DNA of 64,000 bases from Chloropicon primus (GCA_023205875.1 CP060773.1:62001-126000); one strand, 5' to 3'. Numbered from the stretch's first letter, positions 21,040 to 32,955 are shown. Numbers and translations: made by a program. The notes: generated from the letters alone by a model not told the origin.

Positions 21040-23850
21040 ATGCACCAAGAGGAGGTGGCTTTCTCGGAGGAGGGGAAGGGTGCACGGCCGTGTGGTGGTG
21101 GCGGTGGACGAGGGAACGCGGGGAGGGGGGGGAGGGCAGTGCTGGTGGGGAGGGCAAGGGTGTTGTTATTGTTGGGAGTTGCTGTGGTGGTGGGTCTGGT
21201 TGTAACGCTCGCGCCAGAACCCGTCGGGCGTGACTTGCTGCAGCGGTCGTCGTCGTCCTCGGACAAGGGCGACCAGGGGGCGGACGTGAGGTCGGCACCG
21301 ACCTTTGACGTGTTCACGACGGATGACGAGGAAATCAACGAGTATAGGAGGAGCATGGTATTGATCATGGAGAGGAGCAACTCGAAGGCGAGCTCGGCGA
21401 CGTATGCCGCCTCGATCGCCGATGATCCGGGAAGGAGGTTGGAGAGGCAAGCAAGCGTACTGTCGAACTTTTCGGCGGACTGTTCTGATGTAGGGCAAGT
21501 ATTGCTTCCGCACTCATGGTACAGCGTCGAGTACGCGCTCGAGATTCCTGAAAGGTACGGATCGAGCGGCATGGCGATGATCGAGCCAAGGATGATGGTC
21601 GATGACGTGATGATGATGCCCGCGGGAGGAGGGGTGGCAGAGGGGGGGATCATGCCACCGCCACCTTCCGCGGCACCAATGATGGCTGCAGATGGAGCAT
21701 CATCTTCGCTGGCACCTTCATCGGGATCAGAAAAGGAGGCCGGCGTGGATTATTCGGAGACCAACAATCAGGTCGATGGCGTCGATGAGGCGGACATCGT
21801 CAAGCAGGATGGCAACTTCATTTACTCCGTCGGCGGCAACGAGCTCGTTGTGGTCCGGGCATTTCCAAAAGCTGACAGGAGGGTTCTCTCGAGGCTCACT
21901 CTCAACGCTGACAAAGAGAGGAGCTTCCTGGCACTCGATATGCTTTTGAACGGCGACACTCTGCTCGTTTTCGCGGCCTCGCAGACCATTCAGACCACGT
22001 CCACCGGAGCAACGGTGAGGAAGCCAAGGGTCATCATGCAAAAGCTCGACTGCAAGGACAGGGAGAATTGCCAGATCTTCTGGGAGGGGAGTGCTGAGGG
22101 GAACTTTGTCACCGCGAGGCTGACCTCGGACATTGCTCTGCTTGCTGTGCAGAACAAGGTGTCGAGAATCCAAGGCAAGAGTGAGGTGTCTCAGATGACG
22201 AGTGCGGAGCTGCTGGACGCGGTGGTGCCAAAATTCAGCGACGGGTCAGTGGTCACCGACGAGCCTTCGGCCACGTGCGATTCCATCCTGTACATGAAGA
22301 GCATGAAGCCCAAAACTCTCATCTCCCTGTTTAGCGTGAAGATGAAGAGCGACGGGAGGGACAGCCACATCATCGATTCCATAACCTTCGCGGCTCCTTC
22401 CTCGTGGCGGAAGCCGACGGTGATGGTGAGCTTGACCAAGATCTACCTGGGCTTCTACAACGAGGACAGCAGGTACTCAAGAACAAGGGGCGATGAGTTC
22501 GAGAACACGATCGTTTTCGGGTACTCCTTCCAACCAGGAGCGGGCGTCTTCGCGTTCGATGGGTCGGTGGAAGTGCCAGGCGAGCTGCTGAACCAGTTCA
22601 GCATGGACGAATACAGGGGGTATTTGAGGATAGCCACGACGATGGACATTTGGGGACAGGCACGGCAAGAAGCACTGACCGAGAATATGGTTTTCGTTGT
22701 GGACCTAACCACCTACGAATTCGTTGGCAATATTTTTGGGATTGCAAAAAACGAACGGATTTACTCTGTGCGATTCGTGGGACCCAAGGCGTACATGGTC
22801 ACCTTCCGGCAGATCGACCCGCTGTTTGTTTTGGATCTGGAGGACCCCCACAAGCCGCGGATCCTGGGAGAGCTGAAGATCCCAGGGTACTCGGATTACC
22901 TTCACCCCGTGAATGCCACGCACTTGATCGGTCTCGGCAGGAGTGGGACGATGGACGGACGTGTGACCGGAATCAAGGTGGCCCTCTTCGACGTGAGTGT
23001 GCCCACTGATCCGCGAGAAAAGTATGCAATCGATCTGGGAGGAAGGCAAAGCTCCTCCGTAGCTCTGGACGACCACAGGGCGTTCCTGCAAATGGACTTG
23101 CCTCACTTGGGGTACGATTCAGTTCTCATTGCGTTCCCCCTCACCCTGTCCAGCAAAGACGAGTACAAAAGATGCGATGAGGACTACCTATTCTCTGGCA
23201 CAAAAGTCTTCCAGCTCGGCACAGACCAGTTCGTCGAGCTTGCGTCCATTTCCCACGCTCGAGCCAATGGAACCTTTCTGGAGGAAACGCTTGGCAGCGA
23301 GTCCTTGTGCGGGGAGTGCCCGGCCTACAAAATAAGAAGGATATTCTTCAGCGGCGAGGATCTGTTTGCTCTCAGCGACAGGCGACTGAGCAGCACATCG
23401 ATGAAGACCTGGTCGGAGACCTGGGCCGATGACCTCCACAGCAACCAGGTCCTGATGGCAGAAACGGATTGTGGCAAACTGGCCGAGAATCCATTGCTCA
23501 AGAATTTGACTTCCCAACATGGATACTCAAGCCACGATGCAATCGCAGCCATTGTCATGCAAAACGGCCGTGATATGTCACTCTCAGAGTGCTTTTCAAA
23601 ATGCTCCGACGCCGATCCTTCTTCGAAAGGTCTTTCCGCTTGGTCCTCGTACACGTACTGCAGCACAAACCTCGGCAGGAATTCATACGAGAGCTTGGGC
23701 GTCTATGCCGGAGACTGCTGCTCAGCTGCATCATCTTACTCTTCTTCGGAGGAGGAGGAGGAGGAAACCTTGTCGGCCTGTAAGAAAGAGGAAGCGAACG
23801 CGAAGACTTGCAAGAGAGTCTCTTATTCGCCATGCAACATCTGGTATTAA
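21040..23850 (+). CDS. Membrane-anchored beta-propeller domain protein (Beta_propel-like) with Cys-rich C-terminus
   Basis: YSETNNQVDGVDEADIVKQDG, VPGELLNQFSMDEYRGYLRIATT, ERIYSVRF, VTFRQIDPLFVLDL and GELKIPGYSDYLHP. One hydrophobic segment near the N-terminus. First ATG is at 21040 (ORF open from 20929). Confidence 0.88.
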   Translation: MHQEEVAFSEEGKGARPCGGGGGRGNAGRGGRAVLVGRARVLLLLGVAVVVGLVVTLAPEPVGRDLLQRSSSSSDKGDQGADVRSAPTFDVFTTDDEEINEYRRSMVLIMERSNSKASSATYAASIADDPGRRLERQASVLSNFSADCSDVGQVLLPHSWYSVEYALEIPERYGSSGMAMIEPRMMVDDVMMMPAGGGVAEGGIMPPPPSAAPMMAADGASSSLAPSSGSEKEAGVDYSETNNQVDGVDEADIVKQDGNFIYSVGGNELVVVRAFPKADRRVLSRLTLNADKERSFLALDMLLNGDTLLVFAASQTIQTTSTGATVRKPRVIMQKLDCKDRENCQIFWEGSAEGNFVTARLTSDIALLAVQNKVSRIQGKSEVSQMTSAELLDAVVPKFSDGSVVTDEPSATCDSILYMKSMKPKTLISLFSVKMKSDGRDSHIIDSITFAAPSSWRKPTVMVSLTKIYLGFYNEDSRYSRTRGDEFENTIVFGYSFQPGAGVFAFDGSVEVPGELLNQFSMDEYRGYLRIATTMDIWGQARQEALTENMVFVVDLTTYEFVGNIFGIAKNERIYSVRFVGPKAYMVTFRQIDPLFVLDLEDPHKPRILGELKIPGYSDYLHPVNATHLIGLGRSGTMDGRVTGIKVALFDVSVPTDPREKYAIDLGGRQSSSVALDDHRAFLQMDLPHLGYDSVLIAFPLTLSSKDEYKRCDEDYLFSGTKVFQLGTDQFVELASISHARANGTFLEETLGSESLCGECPAYKIRRIFFSGEDLFALSDRRLSSTSMKTWSETWADDLHSNQVLMAETDCGKLAENPLLKNLTSQHGYSSHDAIAAIVMQNGRDMSLSECFSKCSDADPSSKGLSAWSSYTYCSTNLGRNSYESLGVYAGDCCSAASSYSSSEEEEEETLSACKKEEANAKTCKRVSYSPCNIWY

Positions 23851-23899
23851 TAAGACGTGCGGTTCACAATTAAGTTTTTGCTAGCTCTCAACCAACAAG

Positions 23900-25480
23900 G
23901 TGCACGTGCAAAGGACATTGACAGTCGTCCCTTGTCTTCCCCCTAGTCATTCCAAAGAAGGATATATGTAAATTTGTTTGTTTTTTGGTTTATACGAAAA
24001 GTAAAGGTAAGCGAAAGACGCTCAGCATGTGAACTTTCGGCGCGCTCTCCAATAAAAGCCATACAAACAAATTATTAAACTAGGATCCCAACAGCAGTTG
24101 TCTATCACGACTTTCTTCTAGACATGTGTGCGAGCAATTCAATTACAAGCTTTAGGAAACGCCATAAAATGCCATATCCTTCTAAAGCAAGCCTGCCATT
24201 CAGAGCTAGCCTGCCTTTCATGTGTGCTACATCTTCTTCGATTCTTTGTAGAACATCATCGCAAAAAGCGCCCTTTTCGTAATTCAATATGGCGATGCGA
24301 GTGCTTCCATTTTGTTATAACAATGCATCACAATGTAATGTGAACCAAATGAATTTCATCCGAAAATATTATGTTACCTCGACAATGCCATAGTTTGTCT
24401 TTCTTCGCAGCAAGCCTTGCATTTTCGTTATCCATTGTGTTTGCCTTCAATAACTTCAAATAACTTTAGGACTGCATTACTTCTTTGAACTCCGACGGCT
24501 GGAAGGAAGAGCTTATTCATTACGTTCGTTCTGAGATACAAAGACTTTAATTCACGGAATACATCATTCGCATAGTTCATCTTTTGATTATTTTCTTGTC
24601 AATTCACATGTACCTTACACAACAAAATGACGCTGATGTAGACTTTTGATTTAAAATTATTTCAATGATATTATTGCATCTAACCAATTTTCGCTTCGTT
24701 CATATATATTCACAGACAAAAAATGAGCAATAATATATATGTTTATATAGTGCTGATAGAAGTCGAACATATTTCAACAACGCTCAGCTTCATTGTATCG
24801 GACTCCTCTGCAAGAGTGATAACTTGCAGTAATTAATGATACCCCAATTATATTGGAAAACCGAAACCGAAAGTAAAGGATAATTATTTGTTCAAGAAAA
24901 TAGTATTTTCAAGAGTCATGTTAGGCACCAAACGTAGATGAGGCGCACGGCGAAACGAAAAGACAGAATTATGGGTTGACGCAAATTGAACAAGTTGCTC
25001 CTTGCCCGTAGTTTTATGATTTGACGACTAATTGTTTTCAATCCATACAAAAGCCAATTATTTTTTAAATTTCCATCAAGACGCATGTATCTCATTTGCT
25101 TTCAGGTTAAGTTCGGAATGGAAATGATCAATGCATGAAATAGTTCAATTATTGCTCTATCGTGTTATTGTCGTTCAATTGAATATGAACATTTAAACCA
25201 TTTCTTTTTTGTTGCATGTTTATTTCCACCCACATGTTGTATACTTCGGTGCACCGATATATGACGCGCCACTGATATTGGAGGCCGTGAACAGTGGATT
25301 GCGAAAGGGAACGACGTCTTCTTCATGGCGCAAGGGGTCTATTTTGCATAACCGATATATTGATGGATATTATTTTGGAGTCTATACAATGTAAGTGCGA
25401 ACAGCATATTCATCAGGGGTCATTTTAATCGATCAACGCATATTACATCAGATTTAGCAAATATTTAGAATCCTTGTGTG
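23900..25480. other. AT-rich island without long ORFs
   Basis: Hand-counted lines 24601-24660 and 24661-24720 each have 17/60 G+C, far below the flanking genes. No ORF exceeds about 71 aa. Confidence 0.85.
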
Positions 25481-26073
25481 ATCGCTGGTGAGAGCGATCA
25501 CACTCATGACGCACCCGCAGGGCTCCACCAGGGCTCCACCAGGGCTTCGCCCTAGCTTCGGCCTGCGCTGCGTCTACGTTGCTTCTCATCATTTGATTAC
25601 ACGATACCATCACGCAAAAGTTACCCCGGAGGGTTACTCCCATCAGGTACCTTCGATTGTATTCTATGCGGCCCTCCCCCAGCGAATCGAAACGCCTTTT
25701 TGAATGGAAGGTGACACTTCCATCCAATGTAGAGAGCCATCCGAACTACTCTCACTCCGAAGAGGAAGGAGCGGCGCCGAGTGTAAAACACTTTCATGCA
25801 GGCGTGTCGGAGCTCACCCCTGCGGTGGCGAGGCTTGGTTGGTTGGCTGTTTCAGAATCAAGAGTCTTGAAACATGTAGGCACGCAAGGCTACTCCTTTC
25901 ATCATTCACAACCCCCCACCCCGCCGATGCCAGGGACTGTCGAGCTCGCACGCTCTTTGAGTCTTCGAGCTGTGGCCTCGACTATGGGATTCAGCCTCAT
26001 TTTCTTTTTTCCCTCTTTCCTTCAGCAGCAGCAGAACATCATCTGGGTGGGCACCGTCCTTTGAGAAGGAAGG

Positions 26074-26565
26074 ATGGGGGAGCATTCCGTCGCGGTGGTG
26101 TGCTTGGGCCTGGCCCTCGGTCTGTTGCTGCTTCCGTCGCAGGGCCTTGCAGGGCAGAAGCCGGAAGCCCTGTTCCGCAAGCCCCTGTCGTTCCCCTTCT
26201 CTTCGACGGTACGCACGAGAGAGAACCTCGTCGAAAACTTTGGAGTGAACTCTGGCTACGACAGGTGCACCTCCCTGGACGGTCCGTCGTGCCCACACGA
26301 GGAGCAGGGGCTCAGCGTGGGCGAGCTTGACGGCTCCATTCACTTGCTACACGTCGCCGAGTTGAAGATCACCGAGGCGTCGAACGCTCTCCTCGGCCTC
26401 GTGATGGGCGCGGCGTTGGATGGGAACAACGCCAACTTGCGAGAAGGGGACTCTCAAGCCATCAAGGAGCTCGTGGCCGACTTGCTGCAGACGGATGACT
26501 TCATCGATTCGATACAAAAGGGAACGAGCGAGTTGATGGATCTCTTCGAGGAGGAGGGAGAGTAA
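26074..26565 (+). CDS. Small predicted secreted protein (163 aa)
   Basis: Signal-peptide-like VAVVCLGLALGLLLLPSQGLAG, typical codon bias, acidic C-terminus. Confidence 0.7.
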   Translation: MGEHSVAVVCLGLALGLLLLPSQGLAGQKPEALFRKPLSFPFSSTVRTRENLVENFGVNSGYDRCTSLDGPSCPHEEQGLSVGELDGSIHLLHVAELKITEASNALLGLVMGAALDGNNANLREGDSQAIKELVADLLQTDDFIDSIQKGTSELMDLFEEEGE

Positions 26566-26633
26566 GTTGTTGTTGTTGTTGTAATGTACATTCTATACAT
26601 GTGGATGGATGGATGGATTGGGATACCTTTTGT

Positions 26634-28025
26634 TCACAAGGCGCCGAAGAGGGCAAGGAGGCTCAGGGCACCGAGCATGAATCCAGCAAGAGCGAATGCA
26701 GTGCCCAAGGCTCGGCACCATGGCTTCCTGTGTGCCTTGCGGAGGATGAGACCAGGCAGGACAAGCATCTGAGCAGTGACGCAGAGTGCAGAAGTCACTG
26801 CCAAGGGGAGTGTGAGCGCACCCCGGAGAAGAAGGCTTCCCGCTGCACCGAGGGAAACGAATGCGAAGGACATGCAGGCCCTGGCTAGCGGTGAGGCCGG
26901 GGCATTGGCTTGGGGACCACGGATCAAGTGCTGGAGCGAGGCTCTGGCAAGGGGAACGTAAATTCCTCCACCGGCGACGAGGAGCTCCATGGAGAGAGCG
27001 GACCTGGCGATCGCCCCCGGGATCCACTCAATTGGCCAGACGTCCACAACATTCTCGGGGATCTCGCTGCAGTACGCGTAGTACGAGGTAGCGGAGCAAG
27101 CGAGGTACAGGAGTCCGGACAGGACCAAAGAGCATCCGATCAGCGTTCGCGATTGTCTTGGCCCCGCGCCCCCGGCCCTGTGCTCCTTCCTGACTGGCAC
27201 GTAGATCACAGACGCATTCATGCTGAACAGAAAGATCGGGAAGCTCTTGAGCATCGTAGACGCGGTGAGGTTGAACGCTCGTGGCACCGCCGGCGATGAT
27301 GCGAGGGAGCACGGTCCTTGGTGCAGCGCGGATACGCCATCGCCGAGAACGACCGTTCCGACGATCACCATGACGCAAAAAGTGCCGAGAGCGCCAGCAA
27401 ACCTCATGCCGCTCTCCTCGGGAAGCAGAGACAGGAAGAACATCAGGGCGGCGGCGCAGCCGGTCGAGGCCGCCGCGGATTGGTTTCTCGGCACTCCAAG
27501 CCATCCTGACAGGAAGGTGAGTTGCCCGCCCACCGCGCTCACGTACGCCAGAACCTGACCGAAGCAATACAACAAAGTGAGGCCCTCCAGCGTGTAACTG
27601 CCGAGGCTCCCCAAGGTGTGAGCCACGAGGCCGCCGTAGGACGCGTAACCCTCGTTTTCGTTCTTGATGCGGCAAGCCATGTTCAAGAAGATGAGGCTAA
27701 CAGCGGCGCAGACTCCGCTGATCACCAGAAGAAAGAAGCCTTCCAAGTACCCGACCACGGAAAAGGTTCCCGGCAGCGTCACCATGCCGACCCCTCCAGC
27801 GGTTGCGATGACGAGGTTGCAGATGGCCTCAACCGTGGTGGATCCCGCCCGTGCCCCCTCGTCCTCGTCTGGGCCATCCTCGTGCCGTGCCCTGGATTGA
27901 AGCAGCACGGTCGTCCTCCGTATCACACGTGACGAAAGTTTGTGAAGCTCCTCATGGTCCTCCCCATTCGCCTCGTCTGCGATGTCCTGCAAAAGTGGAC
28001 GCCTCGTGGCGGAGTTGGAGTCCAT
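26634..28025 (-). CDS. Amino acid transporter (Aa_trans; SLC38/AVT-like)
   Basis: AICNLVIATAGGVGMVTLPGTF, SYGGLV and FPIFLFSMNAS motifs; about 11 hydrophobic segments. Confidence 0.87.
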   Translation of the reverse strand: MDSNSATRRPLLQDIADEANGEDHEELHKLSSRVIRRTTVLLQSRARHEDGPDEDEGARAGSTTVEAICNLVIATAGGVGMVTLPGTFSVVGYLEGFFLLVISGVCAAVSLIFLNMACRIKNENEGYASYGGLVAHTLGSLGSYTLEGLTLLYCFGQVLAYVSAVGGQLTFLSGWLGVPRNQSAAASTGCAAALMFFLSLLPEESGMRFAGALGTFCVMVIVGTVVLGDGVSALHQGPCSLASSPAVPRAFNLTASTMLKSFPIFLFSMNASVIYVPVRKEHRAGGAGPRQSRTLIGCSLVLSGLLYLACSATSYYAYCSEIPENVVDVWPIEWIPGAIARSALSMELLVAGGGIYVPLARASLQHLIRGPQANAPASPLARACMSFAFVSLGAAGSLLLRGALTLPLAVTSALCVTAQMLVLPGLILRKAHRKPWCRALGTAFALAGFMLGALSLLALFGAL

Positions 28026-28426
28026 CCTCTGCTCACCTCACCAGACTTCCATTCCTTTAGAAGAGAAGAGAGAGAAAAGAATCCTCTTCAAGACAAAACT
28101 AAAAAAAAGGAAAGCAAAGGAAAAGGAAAAAGAAAGCACAGGACTCAGAACCTCTCCCTCCTCTCTGCTTCCCTCTCTCTCTCTCTCTCTCTCTCCTCCA
28201 ACAACAACAACGATCTGGCAAAACGTTGGAGCCAGCTAATGGATAACGGCAATCAAGGCGTTACTGGACAAGTCACGCCAAGCTCCTCGACGAAGAGAAG
28301 ACAGAAGAGTGACGGAGAGAGGGAGAGAGGGATGGAGTGATTGGATGCTTCGTGGGTCGGTTTCGTCGTTCGAGTGAGGGATTCGCTTCTTTTTTTTTTG
28401 ACGCCCGCCGCGCCTTAGGGGCAAGG

Positions 28427-30000
28427 ATGGAGACCGAGACGCTTGTGACAAGAGAGAGAGCTTTGGCGCTGAAGAAAAAGTATGGAAGGCAAGCGTCGAT
28501 GCCCAAGGAGGAGGACATCGAGGGATGGACCATGACGCAGCTCGAGGACTACTTCAAGGCTCAAGCGTACCTCAATTCGATGCTGATGTCGTCGTCAGAG
28601 GAGGAGGAGAGGGGGGGCGAGGACGACGGGGCCGGGGGCGAGGACGACGGGGCCGGGGGCGAGGACGACGGGGCCGGGGGCCAAGGCGGTTCGGTGCAGG
28701 GCGGAGACGGAGAGGCAACCGACATTAGCGAGGTGGAGAGCTCCTTCACGAATATCTCCGTCACCAGCGGCGGTGGCAGGAGCGAGCCGCCTCAGCGCAT
28801 GAAGGTCCTCGTGTACGGAGCGACGGGCTATAGCGGAGAACTCGTAGCGAATCACGCCGCCCGGGCCGGATTCCTCCTCCAGGTGGCGGGAAGGAGCGAG
28901 GAGAAGCTCAAGCGCCTGGCAAGTCGCTTGCCTGGACGGGTGGGGTACAAAAGTTTCGATCTCGATGACGCGAGGGCTCTGGATGCCGCAGTGGGAAGCG
29001 TCGACGCCGTCGTCCACTGCGCGGGACCCTTCCACAACACGTACAAGCCGATGCTCGAGGCGTGCTTGAGGCAATCGAAGCACTACGTGGACCTCACGGG
29101 GGAGATCCAAGTGATCGAGGCCATCTCGAAGGTGAGTCGGGAATAAATGAATGAATCCGTCTGTGTGTTTTCCTCCCAACTCCCATCTGACAAGATCATC
29201 ATCTGTGCCTTCCTCACTTCCTTGTCCTTCCTTCCTCCTCCCATCAGTACGACGGCGAAGCCAAGGAGAAGGGCGTGATGCTTCTCCCCGCGGCGGGTTT
29301 CGACGTCGTGCCCTCGGATACCTTGGCCTACCTGGTGAGCGAGAAGTTCAAAAGGGAGTTCCCCGCTCACTTTCCATCGCACCTGCGCGTTGCCTTTCAC
29401 TTCAACACACAAGGCGCGCTGATCTCGAGGGGGACCGCAGCGACCATGAGGAGGGGGAAGAGAGGCATCTTGCTCGAGAGGGAGAACGGGGAGGTCGTGG
29501 AGAAGGTGGCAAAGCCCAAGCCGCTGAGGGAGAGGCAAAGGTGCAGCTTCGGATTGGGCAAGGAGCTTACTGTGAAGCAGGCAAACATGGCGGATGTCTC
29601 CAGCGCGTTCTACTCGACGGGCATCCCGAATATCATTTGCCAGATGTCAGACGTGGCATCCATGAGCCAGCTCAAGCACGTCCTCACCCCGTTCTCGGAG
29701 GGCGTGTCCTCGAGGGACAAGTCCGGCAAGGTCGCCAAGGAGCAGCCCATAGGCCCCGATGCCTCGGAGAACGAGGAGGGGAAGTGCTTCCTCCACGCGA
29801 CGGTGAGCTCGAGCGGTGCGAGCACGAGGCAAGTCAGCGGGTCCCTCGAGTGCCCGGCTCCGTACAAAGTCACCCACATGGCCATTCTTCACATCCTGAG
29901 GGAGGTGGAGAAGAACAACTTCAGAGCCGGGTTCTGCACGCCGACCACGGCGTACGGGTCCGGCTTCCTGGAGGCCTGCGGCATGAAAAAGACATCATGA
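28427..30000 (+). CDS. Saccharopine dehydrogenase-like oxidoreductase; exons 28427-29131, 29248-30000
   Basis: VYGATGYSG, AGRS, VHCAGPF, HYVDLTGE and GFDVVPSD. Intron 29132-29247 (GTGAGT...CAG) is in phase 0. Confidence 0.88.
28612..28681. repeat. 21-bp coding tandem repeat x3 (GGEDDGA)
   Basis: GGGGGCGAGGACGACGGGGCC is repeated three times within exon 1. Confidence 0.93.
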
Positions 30001-30083
30001 AGAAGATGGATTGATGGGCACGAATACACACGAATATAAACGAATATAAACGATGCGTCGTCCAAGTTTACGACAATTTTCCT

Positions 30084-31311
30084 CTAGTCTCCTCCTCCTC
30101 CTCCTTCGCCGCCGCCGCCGCTGCTCACGAACTCCTTGAGCTCCTCCAAGCTAATGTCCGTGCCGAGCTGCAGGCAGGCGGCAGCCCCGGAAAGGCAAGC
30201 CACCCGGCACGACTCCTCGAGGGATCCTCCCCTGAGGCGGGAGCACAAGAACCCGGCAGTGAAGAAGTCTCCCGCCCCCGTCGTGTCCACGACCCGAATG
30301 TCTGGCGCCCCGGCCCTCGTGACCTTGCCCTCGTGGATCGCCATGCACCCCCTCGCCCCCAAGCTCACGACGACGATCTGGGCGAGCGGGCCGAGGACCT
30401 CGACCTTGTCGCCGTCGGGACCCACGAACGCGTCGGCCTCGTCCTCGTTGCAGAAGAGAATGTCCACGAGCTCCCTTCCGTCCAGAACGCCCCGGATGGC
30501 GTCCCTCCTGGCCCTGACCATCTCGAAGCTCGCGAGGTCGACGGAAGTCGACGCGCCCGCGGACTTCATCGTCTCGAAGATCTTTTCCATCATCCCGGGG
30601 TCGCGGAACAGGTACCCCTCCACGTGGACGTGCCCAACGCCGCCCCCGTCGATCTCCTTGGGCGGCCAATCGGAGGCGGACACCGTGGCCGAGGCCCCAT
30701 TGCAGGTCCTCATGGTCCTCTGCCCGGTCTCCCTCGACACGAGGCACAGGCAAGTCCCAGTGGTGTGTCCCTCCCTGACGGGCCCCATCGTCCTCACGCC
30801 CTTGGATTCCATCGCTTCGCCAAAGTAGCGCCCCAAGTCATCCAGTCCCCTCGCACCGAAGAACCCTGACTCCTCTGGCTCGTTGTCCATCCTCCTGAGC
30901 TGGGCCAGAGCCTTGGCCATGTTCGACGCCGACCCTCCCGCGCACCGCTTCACGTCCATGCCCCTCGACCTCAACCTCTGCACCAAGCCAGTCAGGAACT
31001 GTATCGAAAGAGACAGAGACAGAGATAAAGATAGATAAGATTGGGATTAGGAAAGCAGAGCAAGAGAGCAAGAGAGGGTCAGGTCATCAGGGAGCACAAG
31101 GATCAAATGCAGTAGTTGGTGGCTCGGCTCTCGGGTGATGATGAAGGAGGGACGACGGACTTACCTCGGGAGAGACGGCTTGTCGTCCACCGAGTTCGAA
31201 CTCATCGTCACCAGTCTCCTTCCTGATGTCACGAAGCATCTCCTGGTCCAAGGTCACGGAGAGGTCCACCAAGGGATCGCCCACTGCAACAACTTCCTTG
31301 CTCACCACCAT
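30084..31311 (-). CDS. PfkB/ribokinase-family kinase; exons 31311-31165, 30998-30084
   Basis: GDPLVD, AGGSASN, GQRTMRT, LFCNEDEA and VVDTTGAGDFFTAGFL. Intron 31164-30999 (GTAAGT...CAG) is in phase 0. Confidence 0.92.
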
Positions 31312-31561
31312 GACGATGATGATGATGAAGTTGAGAGGTCAATATCTCGTCCACCGAGGCAGGAAAGCGTTACAAGGCGAACCAGATGGAGTGCGTAACG
31401 GTCGAAGGTCAATCCCTCTCGATCTTGGCCAAGGTCGCGGGGGAACAAAGGATCAATCACCCTCCGGTGTGTGTGTTCGGACTTTGTGTGGACCACTATC
31501 AAATATCACTCTTCTCTCTCCTCTCGTCCATTGATGCCCCGTTTTCGTCAAAATGACGCCA

Positions 31562-31592
<31 letters not shown>

Positions 31593-32433
31593 AGCGTTAC
31601 AAGGGGAACCCGACGGAGTGCGTAACGTCCGGAGAGGTCACCCCTTGGCCAAGTTCTTTTGTTCTTCCCAACCCAGCAGCAGCAGCAGCAGCCCACGTGT
31701 TTTCCTCGGCTGTTCATTTCTTTGGAAATGTGCGTTGGAAATGTTAGTCGGAAATATCAGTGGAAATGTTCATTCTTCCTTTTTTTTTTTTTTTTTTTTT
31801 TTTGTTCTTGTTTGGAAAACCCCGTGTTATGCCGAACGACCAATCAAAACCCACGTTCAGCCTTATCCTGGGTGTTCCGTGTAGAAATCTCCCATTAATC
31901 TCCCCAGAGAAAACAATCCACTGGGTCGAGATCTCCCTCACTCGAGAGTAGAAATCCCTTCTTGACGGCGAATCCGATCTCTCGAAAAAAAATGAGGAAA
32001 TCCACAAAAAACGGAAAAACGATTTCGATCGATCGCTACAAACCAACCAGACGGCGACCAAGGTGAGCGACACGAGGCGGGGGCTTGACGACGATCGAAT
32101 GCGTTACAGGATTCGTGACCACGATAAAGTCATCCTTCATTTCACGAGCATTCTGTGGACCTCTCACTCGAACGGTTTACCCTCGAAATGACCTCCTCAC
32201 CGACTCCAAACTACCACGATCACCACTCCCCTTCATCTTCATCATCTTCATCTTCATCTTCATCTTCATCCCCAGCAGCGGTCACCTTACTGACTCCTCC
32301 GCCCCTTTTGCTCTCTCTCTTTCTTTTCGTAACGCCCAAAGTTTTGGTAACGCTCGCACGGACGAACTCGAACTTTTGTGTTCACTTGAGTACTTGACTT
32401 GACTTTTGTTCCTTTGAATCAAAGAAGAAGAAG

Positions 32434-32955
32434 ATGGCGACAACAATGATGCAGCCCCGTACTCGTACGGTGACTCGTGCGACGTTGTTCGGGGGTGGAA
32501 AGAAGAAAGCAGCGGGAGGAAAGAGGAAAGCGGCGCCGAAGAAGGTGCAGAAGAGGAGGACGCCCTCGAAGAACGAGTCCAAGGTGCTTGACCTCGACGT
32601 CGGTGGATTCTTCAACCCGGAGAAGTACAAGGACGGAGCCAAGGCAGGTGGAACCGACTTGGCGCCCGCCCAAAAGTCTGTCGGTTACAGGTTTAGCGGA
32701 ACGAGCGGGTCTGCTCCTGATGTGGATTCTCAGGGAAAGAAGGCCAGGTTGGGAGGTGTGGTGTACCAGTTTGCCAGCAAGTACGGTGGAAACATTGACG
32801 AGTACTCGCCTATCTGGCAGCCGGATACCAGGGCTCCAGGGAGCGACGTGTACGAGCCGGGTGCCGCCGGGCTCACCATCTGGTTCGCCGGATTCGTGGG
32901 TCTCCTCCTCACCGGGGGCTTCGCCATCTACACCACCTCCGCACTCGCCAACTAA
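32434..32955 (+). CDS. PSBR: Photosystem II 10 kDa polypeptide PsbR
   Basis: VYQFASKYGGNIDEYSPIW...DVYEPGAAGLTIW...AIYTTSAL matches the PsbR C-terminus; transit-peptide-like start. Confidence 0.9.
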   Translation: MATTMMQPRTRTVTRATLFGGGKKKAAGGKRKAAPKKVQKRRTPSKNESKVLDLDVGGFFNPEKYKDGAKAGGTDLAPAQKSVGYRFSGTSGSAPDVDSQGKKARLGGVVYQFASKYGGNIDEYSPIWQPDTRAPGSDVYEPGAAGLTIWFAGFVGLLLTGGFAIYTTSALAN

